Below, one piece after another: positions 24,201 to 41,850 of a stretch of DNA of 64,000 nt (position 1 is its first letter; the number at the start of each line of letters is the position of its first letter). Location: contig NIVC01000093.1 in NCBI GenBank assembly GCA_002269645.1, positions 744,001 through 808,000 on the forward strand, in the 5' to 3' direction. The notes beneath the pieces are model-generated. The model was not told where the DNA came from. It saw only the letters and a list, made by a program, of their open reading frames with translations, and ran no database searches. This stretch comes from Macrostomum lignano (Eukaryota). Both the position numbers and the translations under genes were made by a program.

Positions 24201-25328
24201 TCAATAACGCTTACGGTACCTACTAGTGTATAAGCGAAAACCAGGTAAAAATAATATTAATATTTAGCATACGATACTACTGAAGCGCAGTAGAGGCAGC
24301 ATCGCTACAGCAGCAGGGAGTTCGCAGAATAAGCAAAAACAAACAATTATAATTTTTATAACGAATGTCCGCACAATATTACTAGTATTTCATTGAAATT
24401 GAAAATAGAAATATTATATGCATACATTTATACATCGCTTAATTTACATCAGAACTACTCGCGGTATTAAGAATTGTTTATGAATATTAGTTGTCAACCG
24501 AAAAAGGCACTGATTTTTATCTTCGATAGTTTTGCTTTTTGGAGACAGCACAGTTTGTAAGGTATTTTTGGGAGGAACTGATAAAATGGCCCAGAAACTG
24601 GGGATCTGGGAGGCTTGCTCAGCAACTGAGGATCTGGGAGGCTGGCCCAGCAACTGAGGATCTGGGAGGCTGGCCCAGCAACTGGGGATCTGAAAGGCTG
24701 GCCCAGCAACTGAGGATCTGGGAGGCTGGCCCAGCAACTGGGGATCTGGGAGGCTGGCCCAGCAACTGGGGATCTGGGAGGATGGCACAGCAACTGGGGA
24801 TCTGGGAGGCTGGCCCAGCAACTGGGGATCTGGGAGGCTGGCACAGCAACTGGGGATCTGGGAGGATGGCACAGCAACTGGGGATCTGGGAGGATGGCAC
24901 AGCAACTGAGATCTGGGAGGCTGGCACAGCAACTGGGGATCTGGGAGGATGGCACAGCAACTGGGGATCTGGGAGGCTGTGGCCCAGCAACTGGGGATCT
25001 GGGAGGCTGGCCCAGCAACTGAGGATCTGTTAGAATGATTAAATCTCTTAATGAGCCTTAAAAAGTTCTCAAGCCTTAATGATTACGCGCACAGAAGCTG
25101 ATTTCCAAACTGAATAAATAATGTGCAACTGAGCATTAACAAGATGTCGCACAACAACAGCGAAGCAACAAGTTTGATTTGAATCCAGTCGAATGTGAGC
25201 TGACCATTACGGTGAAAATTGGTACGAGCACAGAAAGCACATCAAATAAAAACTTAAACACGGAAAATAATCATGAAATATTAATTCTTACTTTCAAAAC
25301 AAGCAAATAAGAATTACTGAAGTGACAA
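21255..25328 (-). CDS. Putative coding exons downstream of the kinase (hydrophobic segments plus disordered tail); either a long kinase isoform or a separate gene
   Basis: GT-AG bounded, GC-richer, phase-compatible segments 25328-25292, 25199-25087, 24137-24081, 22856(or 22733)-22635, 21583-21416 and 21279-21255 (TGA), with AATAAA downstream. The last three are the best supported. Confidence 0.45.
21718..22540. repeat. 15-bp minisatellite CAGGTGAAACACCAC, degenerating rightwards
   Basis: Direct tandem units with 21-bp variants (CAGGTGAAACACCTGTTAACA). Confidence 0.95.
23278..23720. repeat. 23-bp minisatellite GGGACTGTCTAGGGCGATT(C/T)TTC
   Basis: Direct tandem units. Confidence 0.95.
24588..25030. 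repeat. ~27-bp minisatellite G(A/G)GGATCTGGGAGGCTGGCCCAGCAACT, array 1
   Basis: Direct tandem units; same unit as 28090-28590. Confidence 0.95.
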
Positions 25329-25572
25329 CTACATGAGCAAAACAGATTAAAGCGTACAGTCTCGAGTAGGCAATTTTTGGGTGGGGTAAAATTATAATAA
25401 GCATATAGACTTGGTAACAATAGTTAAACTGCAAAACGATCCAACTACAGTCTAAATATATTTTGTTAATTAAGTTAATTACGAAAGTTAAACAAAAATA
25501 ATATAAAATCTTCGTTTAAATAGTGAACTCCTACAGTACAAAAATATTTATAAATTCATAAATTTATAACCT

Positions 25573-26045
25573 GTGAACCCCAGGTATCAGATTAACCTAA
25601 CCGGTGAATCCCAGGTATCATATGTTAACCTAACCGGTGAATCCCAGGTATCATATGTTAACCCAACCGGTGAATCCCAGGTATCATATGTTAACCTAAC
25701 CGGTGAATCCCAGGTTTTATATGTTAACATAACAGGTGAATCCCAGGTATCATATGTTAACCTAACCGGTGAATCCCAAGTATTATGTTAACATAAAGGG
25801 TGAATCCCAGGTATCATATGTTAACAAAACCGGTGAATCACAGGTATCATAGATTAACCTAACCGGTGAATCCCAGGTATCATAGATTAACCTAACCTGT
25901 GAATCCCAGGTATCATAGATTAACCTAACCTGTGAATCCCAGGTATCATAGATTAACCTAACCTGTGAATCCCAGGTATCATAGAAACCGGTGAATCCAA
26001 TGCATCATATGTTAACCTAACCGGCGAATCCCAGGTATCATAGAT
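25573..26045. repeat. 33-bp minisatellite TTAACCTAACCGGTGAATCCCAGGTATCATATG
   Basis: Direct tandem units. Confidence 0.95.
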
Positions 26046-26200
26046 TGCAGAACAAATTACAAGTAACTGTCAAACTGTCAGTGTTCAGTGGCTTCAAAAA
26101 AGAAAATCTTTCAATATTCTGTCTCGATTCGATTAAAACAGACAAACTAACATTAATAAATACAAATATATTAGACATAAATGTACTTATAAACATACTC

Positions 26201-28878
26201 TTACAGAGGCCGGCTCAGACGTTCAACAACCGCCCGTCGTCGTTGAGCCGGTAACGCTGGGGCCGCCTCCAACAGTTGTCGGGCCAGCCTGGCAACCAGT
26301 TCCCTGACAACCTCGGGCTGGGCTGCATCTACCATAGTCAAAGCCATCGACAGCTGGTCAATAGAGGAAGCTCCAGCAGACGATGTATTGGATGGATGCT
26401 GCTGCTGCTGCTGTTGCAGTCTAACGGTGGCTCCGGCCTGAGCAATGACCGGCAGCACCAATTGCGACATGCTGGCCGAGCAAACGTCGCTTAGATCGCC
26501 GTCGCCGCCGCTGTTAACACCGCCGCCGGTCGCTCCGCCAGACGACGATGACGACGAGGCGGCGATGCCGCTGTTTCGCGAGGCCAACAGGCTGGCGTTA
26601 GGTTTCGGCGCCACTTTCGGCGGCGCCGGCGCCGGCCTCCGGTTATTGTCGACGTTGGCGCCGCTATTAGCGGCGGACGCGCCGACGGCAGTCGACGACT
26701 GATGCGCCGGAGGCGAGGCCTCCTTCACGGTGCCGTCGCCGAACTTCCATTTGAAAGTGCCAGCCCGGTCGGCGCCGTCTTCGTCGATCAGCGCGTCGGC
26801 GTCATCGTCGTCGTCGTCGTCATCGTCGTCGCGGTCGCCGCCTTGGGCCTTCCAGTTTTTGAAGCGTTCGATTAACTCGACCAGGTAAGCGGTCTTCTTG
26901 GCCCGCTTGATGAATGGGAATTTTAGCAGCTCCTTGGCTGTTGGCCGCTGAGGGAATTAGGAGCGGTGAGGAGCAATAAAGCTGATTGTTTCCAGCCGCC
27001 TCTAACTGGTGAGCGACTTTGGGAAGTTGGGAGAGAAATAGATAAGACTTTGCCAAAGGGGGAGAGAGGTAAACAAGACACTTTGATCAAGGGGGGAGGT
27101 AAACAAGACACTGAAGAAAGAAATAGACAAGACACTGAGGAGAGAGGTAGACAAGACACTGAGGAGAGAGGTAAACAAGACACTGAAGAAAGAAATAGAC
27201 AAGACACTGAGGAGAGAGGTAGACAAGACACTGAAAAGAGAGGTAGACAAGACACTGAGGAGAGAGGTAGATAAGACACTGAAAAGAGAGGTAGACAAGA
27301 CACTGAGGAGAGAGGTAGACAAGACACTGAGGAGAGAGGTAGAAAAGACACTGAGGAGAGAGGTAGATAAGACACTGAGGAGAGAGGTAGATAAGACACT
27401 GAAGAGAGAGGTAGACAAGAAAGCTTCAATTAACCAGACTCACATTCTCAGGATTTTTATCCAAACAGGCGTTGACAAAATCTTGAAAAACTTTGGAATA
27501 ATTGCCAGTGAGTTGAGGCGACGGATTCTTCGGTATGAGGAACAGCACTCGCATAGGATGCAGTTCGGAGTTCGGCGGCTCGCCTTTAGCCAGCTCAATA
27601 GCCGTAATGCCTAGCGACCAAATGTCGGCTTTAGAATCGTATTCGCTCTGTTTAATCACCTCCGGTGCCATCCAGAACGGCGTGCCAACAAAGGTCACCC
27701 GCTTTGAGGTGGTGTTGGTCAGCTGGCCAGCAACGCCGAAATCTGCCAGTTTAACGTCGCCATTGTCGCTAAGCAGAATATTAGCTGCCTTAATATCGCG
27801 ATGGAGTTTCCTCTCCGAGTGCAAATATTCAAGGCCTTTTAATATCTCGCGCAATATGATGGCGATGTACTGCTCGTCTGGTAGGCCGGCTTTGATGAGG
27901 TCCAGTGCGGAACCACCGCCCAGGTACTCCATGATGATCCACAGCTTTGTGCCGCGCAGGTAGGAGCCGAAATATCTGCGGATTGGGAATCGGATTGCTT
28001 AGTGAGAGTTGATTAAATTGGTACGATTAAATGCGCGCTTACACTACTTGAATTGCGTCAGTAGTATGCTGGCAATTTGGCAAAAAGAACTTTATAACTG
28101 ACACAAAAACAGATCTGGGAGGCTGGCTCAGAAACTGAGGATCTGGGAGGCTGGGCCCAAAAACTGAGGATCTGCGAGGCTGGGCCCAGCAACTGAGGAT
28201 CTGGGAGGCTGGCCCAGAAACTGAGGATCTGGGAGGCTGGCCCAGAAACTGAGGATCTGGGAGGCTGGGCCCAGAAACTGAGGATCTGGGAGGCTTGTGC
28301 CCAGCAACTGAGGATCTGGGAGGCTGGTGGCCTAGCAACTGAGGATCTGGGAGGCTGGTGGCCTAGCAACTGAGGATCTGGGAGGCTGGCCCAGAAACTG
28401 AGGATCTGGGAGGCTGGCCCAGAAACTGAGGATCTGGGAGGCTGGCCCAGAAACTGAGGATCTGGGAGGCTGGCCCAGAAACTGAGGATCTGGGAGGCTT
28501 GTGCCCAGCAACTGAGAATCTGGGAGGCTGGTGGCCCAGCAACTGAGGATCTGGGAGGCTGGTGGCCCAGCAACTGAGGATCTGGGAGAGTGATTCCGAG
28601 ACCCCATCCAACAGGGTTCATTAAAGAAAGCCTGCTCACTTGGTAATGTAAGGGGAGTCGCACTGTGACAGCACGTTAATCTCCTGCTGAATATCCTCGA
28701 TCTCGTCCTCCTCCTCTTCCAGATCGATAATCTTGATGGCGACAATCTCCTTGGTTCGCCGATCGATGCCTTTGAACACTTCGCCGAAGCTGCCCTTGCC
28801 GATTCGTTCCATCTTGTCGTAGATGGACTCCGGGTCCGTGTTCTGGGCTCGGATGCTGATCGGCATTCCGGAAGGCAT
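26201..28878 (-). CDS. GckIII: GCK-III Ste20-like kinase (STK24/STK25/STK26 family), about 505 aa
   Basis: Exons 28878-28640, 27975-27444 and 26947-26201 join in phase. Motifs [52 protein letters not shown]; the C-terminal helical region ([10 protein letters not shown]...IDQLSMAL...VVRELVARL) resembles the CCM3-binding domain. Confidence 0.93.
27070..27422. repeat. 24-bp minisatellite GTAGACAAGACACTGAGGAGAGAG in kinase intron 2
   Basis: Direct tandem units. Confidence 0.95.
28090..28590. repeat. ~27-bp minisatellite, array 2, in kinase intron 1
   Basis: Same unit and orientation as 24588-25030. Confidence 0.95.
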
Positions 28879-29029
28879 CGGGTAGGCGAATGTCTGTTTT
28901 GCTGGCGCTTGCTTGTTGCTGTTGTGTGTTTGCAGAGTAGCTAACTTGGTGCGTAGGGTCACTGGGTGCGTTGTGTCAGGGTGCGAAGTTTCACATATCC
29001 AACTGCAATGGGCGGGTTCGATCTGTCAA

Positions 29030-29440
29030 TCAATCTAATCTTCGCGAATCTTCTCGCAATCTAATCTCTGCGAATATTTTCTTAATCTAATCTCTGCGAT
29101 CTTTTCTCAATCTAATCTCTGCGAATCTTCTCTCAATCTAATCTCTGCGAATCTTCTCGCAATCTAATCTCTGCGAATCTTCTCTCAATCTAATCTCTGC
29201 GAATCTTTTCTCAATCTAATCTCTGCGAATCTTTTCTCAATCTAATCTCTGCGAATCTTCTCGCAATCTAATCTCTGCGAATCTTCTCTCAATCTAATCT
29301 CTGCGAATCTTTTCTCAATCTAATCTCTGCGAATATCTCAATCTAATCTCGAAGTCTCTCAATCTAAACTACACGAATCTCTTAGTCTTATCTCTAGGAA
29401 TCGCTCAGTCTAATCTTTATTTAGAGATCTCTTAGTAATC
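29030..29440. repeat. 26-bp minisatellite CAATCTAATCTCTGCGAATCTTCTCT upstream of the kinase
   Basis: Direct tandem units. Confidence 0.93.
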
Positions 29441-29982
29441 TAATCTTGTAACATCTGTAAGTACATCCTATATCACCTATTTATTAATATATTAGAATAA
29501 GAAGTAGATTAATTGCAGAATCAACGCCTGCTAACAACAGTTGTTATAAATATTTATTAAAGATAATAAAGCTGACAGAAGGGATTAATTCAGTTGCTGG
29601 ACAATTCAATTTAAATTATTGCTTGCTACCAAAAAATGGCGGTGTTTTAAAATGATTTACTTCGAATAGTACTCGTAATAGTGCGTGCAGCTGAATATTA
29701 CAGATAAACTAATTTTCTACAAAAAACTACAGGAGACCTAATTTGGTATGATAATGATTTTAAAGGTTGGTTGTAAATTCTTTGTTTTAAAGAGATCGAG
29801 TGGCGAAGGGGCAAAGCCAGTAGTAGGGTGGCGAAAAAATAAGCAAAATTAACCAAAAAATAATTGTTTATTTGTCAACGGTTTCATCAAAAGTCAGAGA
29901 AGGAATCATTGTCTTCTGCAGATCGAGCTGAAAAAATATTCAATATATTAAAAAAACAAAAATTTAATGCAAGCAATGCAAC

Positions 29983-30352
29983 TAGAGACACTCCTAAATC
30001 ACTATAGAGACACTCCTAAATCACTATAGAGACACTCTTAAATCCCTATAGAGACACTCCTAAATCCCTATAGAGACACTCCTAAATCCCTATAGAGACA
30101 CTCCTAAATCACTATAGAGACACTCCTAAATCACTATAGAGATACTCTTAAATCCCTATAAAAACACTCCTAAATCCCTATAGAGACACTCCTAAATCCC
30201 TATAGAGACACTCCTAAATCACTATAGAGATACTCTTAAATCCCTATAAAAACACTCCTAAATCCCTATAGAGACACTCCTAAATCACTATAGAGATACT
30301 CTTAAATCCCTATAAAAACACTCCTAAATCCCTATAGAGACACTCCTAAGTT
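29983..30352. repeat. 22-bp minisatellite CTATAGAGACACTCCTAAATC(C/A) downstream of SOD1
   Basis: Direct tandem units. Confidence 0.95.
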
Positions 30353-30500
30353 CCATTAGAATAAAAAATCGAGAACTTACACAAAGCATACAAATTGCAA
30401 GTACTTACCCTGTCTAATCTAAATAACAGCACAAACTACAGAGACAAACTACTAATCAAAGCTTGCTGGCAGTAGTAGAGTCGGTCCCAGACCCATGCAG

Positions 30501-31995
30501 TCAATTGGGACAGATGCCAATAACGCCGCAGGCTAGGCGACCGCCAGCATTGCCGGTTGTCTTGCTGAGCTCGTGGCCACCGCGGCCAAGATCGTCAGTA
30601 TCGGCGTGTACAACCAGACTGCGGCCGATGATGGAGTTGGGGCCGGTCAGGTTGATCAGCTTGTCGGTGATTTCTACGCCAGCCTGCATGTTGAAAAACA
30701 AATGCGGGGAGTACGACATACTACTGGGAGTAGTGCCACTTCTCTTTAGGAGAAATGGGAAGAGAATGGGAATTATGTCAAATGGGATCAAGTTGGGGAA
30801 GAATTCATTAATGAGGCAATTGAAGGGAAATTTTCGAAAATGGGAATCGGAATGGAGAATTATCAAACTGGGATATTGTAGGGATGGGGAAAATTGGGGA
30901 ATTGTAGGGATAAGGAATTTTCTAATGGGGAAACTGTAGGCATGGGGAATTCTAAAATTGGGGAATTGTATAGGGGTGGTGATTACTAAAGTTGGAGAAT
31001 TGTAGAGATAGGGAATTCTAAAATTAAGGAATTGTAGCGATGGGTAATTTTCTAATGGGAGAATTGTAGGAATGGGTAATTCTGAAATAGGAATTGTAGG
31101 TATGGGAATTCTGAAGTAGGGGAATCGAGATGGGGAATTCTCAAACGGGGAATCGAGATGGGGAATTCTCAAACGGGGAATCGAGATGAGGAATTCTCAA
31201 ACGGGGAATCGAGATGAGGAATTCTCAAACGGGGAATCGAGATGGGGAATTTTAAAACGGGGAATCGAGATGGGGAATTTTTAAACGGGGAATCGAGATG
31301 GGGAATTTTAAAACGGGGAATCGAGATGGGGAATTCTCAAACGGGGAATCGAGATGGGGAATTTTAAAACGGGGAATCGAGATGGGGAATTCTCAAACGG
31401 GGAATCGAGATGGGGAATTTTAAAACGGGGAATCGAGATGGGGAATTCTCAAACGGGGAATCGAGATGGGGAATTCTTAAACGGGGAATCGAGATGGGGA
31501 ATTTTTAAACGGGGAATCGAGATGGGGAATTTTAAAACGGGGAATCGAGATGGGGAATTCTCAAACGGGGAATCGAGATAAGGAATTTTAAAACGGGGAA
31601 TCGAGATGGAGAATTTCAAAACGGGGAATCGAGATGGGGAATAGAGTAGTCAGGGAAAGGTTTCGAAAAGGAAATCAAGGCAGGTACGAGTGTTTCCCGC
31701 ATTGTCAAACACTCACCCTGCCGGAAGCGTCGGCCTCGACGTTGCCCAGATCCCCGACGTGCCTCTCCTCGTCGTCCGGAGCGCCGTGGGTCCGTTTGCA
31801 CGGATTGAAATGAGCGCCAGCCGACACGCAGCCGTTCGTATTGTCGCCAAATTCGTGCACGTGAAAGCCGTGCTTGCCGGGCGCCAGGCCTTCGACAGAG
31901 CCGGTCACCTTGACAACGTCGCCAGCCTGCTCGAAGTGCAGTGTGCCGCTAACTCCGGCGTCCCCCTTGAGTACGCAGACAGCTTTTAGAGACAT
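30501..31995 (-). CDS. SOD1: Cu/Zn superoxide dismutase, 153 aa, 2 exons
   Basis: Exons 31995-31717 and 30683-30501 join in phase 0. Metal ligands and disulfide Cys are present: [45 protein letters not shown]. Confidence 0.97.
30745..31640. repeat. 28-bp minisatellite GGGGAATCGAGATGGGGAATTCTCAAAC in the SOD1 intron
   Basis: Homogeneous at 31120-31640 and degenerate at 30745-31120. Confidence 0.95.
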
Positions 31996-32149
31996 GATGA
32001 TGACGTAATATCTTGTTTGATTGTTTCAACGAAACATGCGATTGGTCAATGATTTGTGTTTAGATAAATATAAATCTCCCAATAACGTATAAAAATATTC
32101 ACTTATTTTTCTGGAAAAAAATTCTCTCTTACAGACTTATAATTTCTAA

Positions 32150-33015
32150 AATTTCAGGCTTCACACTCGCTAATTCACAGGCTCAACCTTCCTAAACTCA
32201 CAGGCCTTACATTGATGGATTTACATGCTTCATATTTTTTTATTTACAGGCTTCACATTCCCTGATTCACAGGCTTCACATTCCCTGATTCACAGGCTTC
32301 ACATTCCCTGATTCACAGGCTTCACATTCACTGATTCACAGGCTTCATATTCATGGATTCACAGGCCACACATTCATGGATTCACAGGCCACACATTCAT
32401 TGATTCACAGGCTTCACATTCCTTTATTCACAGGCTTCAAATTTATCGATTCACAGGCTTCAAATTCCCTGATTCACAGGCTTCACATTCCCTGATTCAC
32501 AGGCTTCACATTCCCTGATTCACAGGCTTCATATTCATGGATTCACAGGCCACACATTCATGGATTCACAGGCCACACATTCATTGATTCACAGGCTTCA
32601 CATTCCTTTATTCACAGGCTTCAAATTTATCGATTCACAGGCTTCACATTCCCTGATTCACAGGCTTCACATTCCCTGATTCACAGGCTTCACATTCCCT
32701 GATTCACAGGCTTCACATTCCCTGATTCACAGGCTTCACATTCCCTGATTCACAGGCTTCATATTCATGGATTCACAGGCTTCATATTCATTGATTTACA
32801 GGCTTCATATTCCCTGATTCACAGGCTTCATATTCCCTGATTCACAGGCCTCACATTCCCTGATTCACAGGCTTCACATTCCCTGATTCACAGGCTTCAC
32901 ATTCCCTGATTCACAGGCTTCACATTCCCTGATTCACAGGCTTCATATTCCCTGATTTACAGACTTCACATTCCTTGATTCACAGACTTCACATTCCTTG
33001 ATTCACATTCTTTGA
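32150..33015. repeat. 23-bp minisatellite ATTCACAGGCTTCACATTCCCTG between GPI and SOD1
   Basis: Direct tandem units. Confidence 0.95.
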
Positions 33016-34659
33016 TTGACAGCCTGTGACAGGCTCCACAGACTGTTCGGGTCATACCCTAAAACTTTTACTAATTAATAGAGACCTACACAGATAAAAA
33101 ATAAATGAAGTCCAAGAACGCAGCAGTCCAGTATTAATGAGCCAAATGAGCTGGGCAGTGAAGGGTGTGCATTAATTATTAATTAAGACAGGTAAGCGAT
33201 GAATGATGCGCATCTAAGACTAAATATAAGGACAGCGGACTAAAGCTACCGATTAGTACAAATGTATATTATATAGGCTAATTATTTAAAAAAAACTGTG
33301 CTCAAAATAGATTTGATAATTCAAAAGCTAAGCATCTGTCAGCAGAAATTTGTAGAAGCTATAAATATTATGTATATGGCAGGTGCAAGAATTACGAGAT
33401 TAAAGCGCTAAGGGCAAATCTGGCGCTACGAGTATGAGTAGTATAAAGCAGGTATTATTGCTATCATTAATTGTGTTTGATCTGAAAATGATTTAGAAAA
33501 CATAGTAAACTGCTTGCAAAAACTATCCAGCACCGGATTGCTAAATATTGAAATGAAGTGAAACAAAAAGCCAAGCTTTACTAACCATTAATTTACTACT
33601 ACTACTACTACTACTACTACTGCATTATTAATTGATAAACTGAGAATTCAAAAGACCGGGTTGGAAAATTTGTTCTAAACTTTCAAGTGTAAATAAAATA
33701 GAACACGAGAGTGAAAAAAGTAGAAATACACAAGGGTTATATGCTGTGCGATTTTGCTAATCTCTACGCCAGGATCGGCAAACTCCCGAACGCGGATGAC
33801 ATGCGGCCAGCTAAGCCTCTCTATCCGGGCCTCGGGTTGAAGGCTTGCTTCTCTGGCCCGCAGTCATTCCCTGCTCTATAGGCAAAGAAGAAGTAATACT
33901 AAATATATGAAAGTAATTAAAAATGGATTGTTATAATCTAACACCGTTATTCAGTTGGATAGAAACAGCCAGACTTTAGCAAGCGTCTTTAGGTATTATT
34001 TAACGATATTTTAATAACTATTAAAGATCAATAAACCGAAACTTGAAGCAGCTAAGGGAAGTAGTTGTTGTGACAAAAATAATAACAGAATACAATTTTT
34101 AAAAAATCACCTTCAAGCCGCACAGTAATCTGATAAATAAAGCAAACTTAGAGTTCAAAAGGCTATATTTTAGGCTGGAAATGATTTATAATCTGCCATC
34201 ATTAGTAAATGTCTATTTTCCAAATTAGTAAGCTACAGCAGTTCTAGGTGTACTATTAATAACTAGCTAATATTTTTGTTGGCTAGGACGAAAAACTATC
34301 ACAAAAAACCAACTAAACAAACAAACAAATAAAATTGCCTACTGTGAAAAAGCTATTAAAAATGTCCTAGTTTGCTACTATTAGTAGGAGAATTATGAAA
34401 CGAATTCAAAATAGCGTTTAATAATACTCCTAACAAAAAAGCCCAATAACGAATTAACAGTAGGAATACCATTACATTATTCCATTCAATTATTAGTTCT
34501 TTCTTTTAAAAATGGTAATTTTTTATTGCTGCAACACAAAGGTTTTGCTACTGTTAATTCATTTATTAATTTGGTGAAAATTAATGGTGAAAAAGAAACT
34601 TTTTTGATGCAATTTTTTTCAATTCCGTTGATAGTCAGTTCATTAACATCTCCAAGCAG

Positions 34660-39798
<5,139 letters not shown>

Positions 39799-40319
39799 TC
39801 TTCTTCTATCGAATATACTAGTTCTTAGTTCCGATTATATAATAATAAAGGAAACACAGGTTGACTGTAATGATTTAAAAGGCACTAGAAATGACAACAG
39901 TGAAAGTGTGACAATCTCTGTTGTAATAGCCAAGTGTTATCTTAGCCAATAGACCTTAACTTTGAAGAATGGTTTAAAAATATATTTTATACTTGTGTTA
40001 AACTACAGAGAAGCATTGTATTTTCATATTTCTCTTTTAGAGTATTTACATAGCTAGTATTTTTTTTTATGCAAAAGATATACACAGTATCTAAATTCAA
40101 GTATATTCTAACGCAATTTAGACTGATGGCTACAAAAAATTATACAATGATAATAATGAATAGTAGAAAGAAACTAGCAATCTTCGCCCCCCGTTGGGGG
40201 ACATCTGGATAGAATCTCTGTTCTCTACAAGTAACAAAAAGACAGCCAAATAAAGCCTTCACAAAGACAACAGACAAACTGCTCAAATAAACTGTAATGC
40301 AAAAAGAAATCATCCCAAG

Positions 40320-40765
40320 ACAGCAAGCATCCCCCAGATTGCAAGCATCCCCCAGATAGCAAGCATCCCCCAGATAGCAAGCATCCCCCAAATAGCAAGC
40401 ATCCCCCAGATAGCAAGCATCCCCCAAATAGCAAGCATATCCCCCAGATAGCAAGCATCCCCCAGATTGCAAGCATCCCCCAGATAGCAAGCATCCCCCA
40501 AATAGCAAGCATCCCCCAGATAGCAAGCATCCCCCAGATAGCAAGCATCCCCCAGATTGCAAGCATCCCCCAGATAGCAAGCATCCCCCAAATAGCAAGC
40601 ATCCCCCAGATAGCAAGCATCCCCCAGATAGCAAGCATCCCCCAGATAGCTAGCATCCCCCAGATAGCAAGCATCCCCCAAATAGCAAGCATCCCCCAGA
40701 TAGCAAGCATCCCCCAAATAGCAAGCATCCCCCAGATAGCTAGCATCCCCAAATAGTAAGCATCC
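40320..40765. repeat. 18-bp minisatellite GCAAGCATCCCCCAGATA
   Basis: Direct tandem units. Confidence 0.95.
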
Positions 40766-40869
40766 ACTAGACAATAAGTAGCTAGTGCAACAATTTCCTT
40801 AGCCCTATAGTGACTCCTTTAAAATTGGCATGACGCTTACTTTTATGTTTGAAATTGTGTATATTTTAT

Positions 40870-41850
40870 GTTTGACATGGTGGCTCTTTAATGTTTGATA
40901 TGGTGGCTCTTTTATGTTCTACATGGTGGCTCTTTTATGTTTGATTTGGGGTTTTTTAATGTTTGATATGGTGTCTCTTTAATGTTTGACATAGGGGCTC
41001 TTTTATGTTTCACATGGTGGTCCTTTTATGTTTGACATGGTGGCTCTTTAATGTTTGACATGTTGGCTCTTTTATGTTTGATTCCGGGTTTTTTTAATGT
41101 CTGATATGGTGTCTCTTTAATGTTTGACATAGTGGCTCTTTTATGTTTGACAATGTGGCTCTTTAGTGTTTGAAATGGTGGCTCTTTAATGTTTGACATG
41201 GTAGCTCTTTATTGTTAGACATGGTGGCTCTTAAATGTTTCACATTGTGGCTTGTTAATGTTTGACATGTTGACTCTTTAATGTTCAACATGGTGGCTCT
41301 TTAATGTTCAACATGGTGGCTCTTTAATGTTTGGCATGATGGCTCTTTGATGTTTGACATGGGGTCACGAATATACTTGACATGGTGACTCGTTAATGTT
41401 AGATATGGCGGCTCTTTAATGTTTGACCCGGTGGCACCTTAATGTCTGTAATGATGGCTCATAAATGTTTGACATGGTGGCTCTATAATGTTCGACATGG
41501 TGGCTCTTTAATGTTCAACATGGTGGCTCTTTAATGTTAGACATGGTGGCTGTTTAATTTTTGACATGGTGGCTCTTTAATGTTCGATATGGTGGCTTTT
41601 TAATATTCGACATGGTGCCTCTTTAATGTTTGACATGGTGGTCCTTTTATGTTTGATATGGTGGCTCTTTTATGTTGGACATGGTGGCTCTTTAATGTTC
41701 GACATGATGGCTCTTTAATGTTCGACATGGTGGCTCTTTAATGTTAGACATGGTGGCTCTTTAATGTTCTTCATGGTGGCTCTTTAATGTTAGACATGGT
41801 GGCTCTTTAATGTTTGACATGGTGGTTCTTTAATGTTTGACATTGTGGCT
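40870..41850. repeat. 23-bp minisatellite GACATGGTGGCTCTTTAATGTTT
   Basis: Imperfect tandem units. Confidence 0.93.

Noticed and set aside
21702-28745. Repetitive ORFs ([24 protein letters not shown] types)
   Set aside because: Stop-free satellite units with no start or splice context.
30501-31172. 223-aa ORF as an N-terminally extended SOD
   Set aside because: The N-terminal part is intronic satellite; splicing gives a normal 153-aa SOD1.
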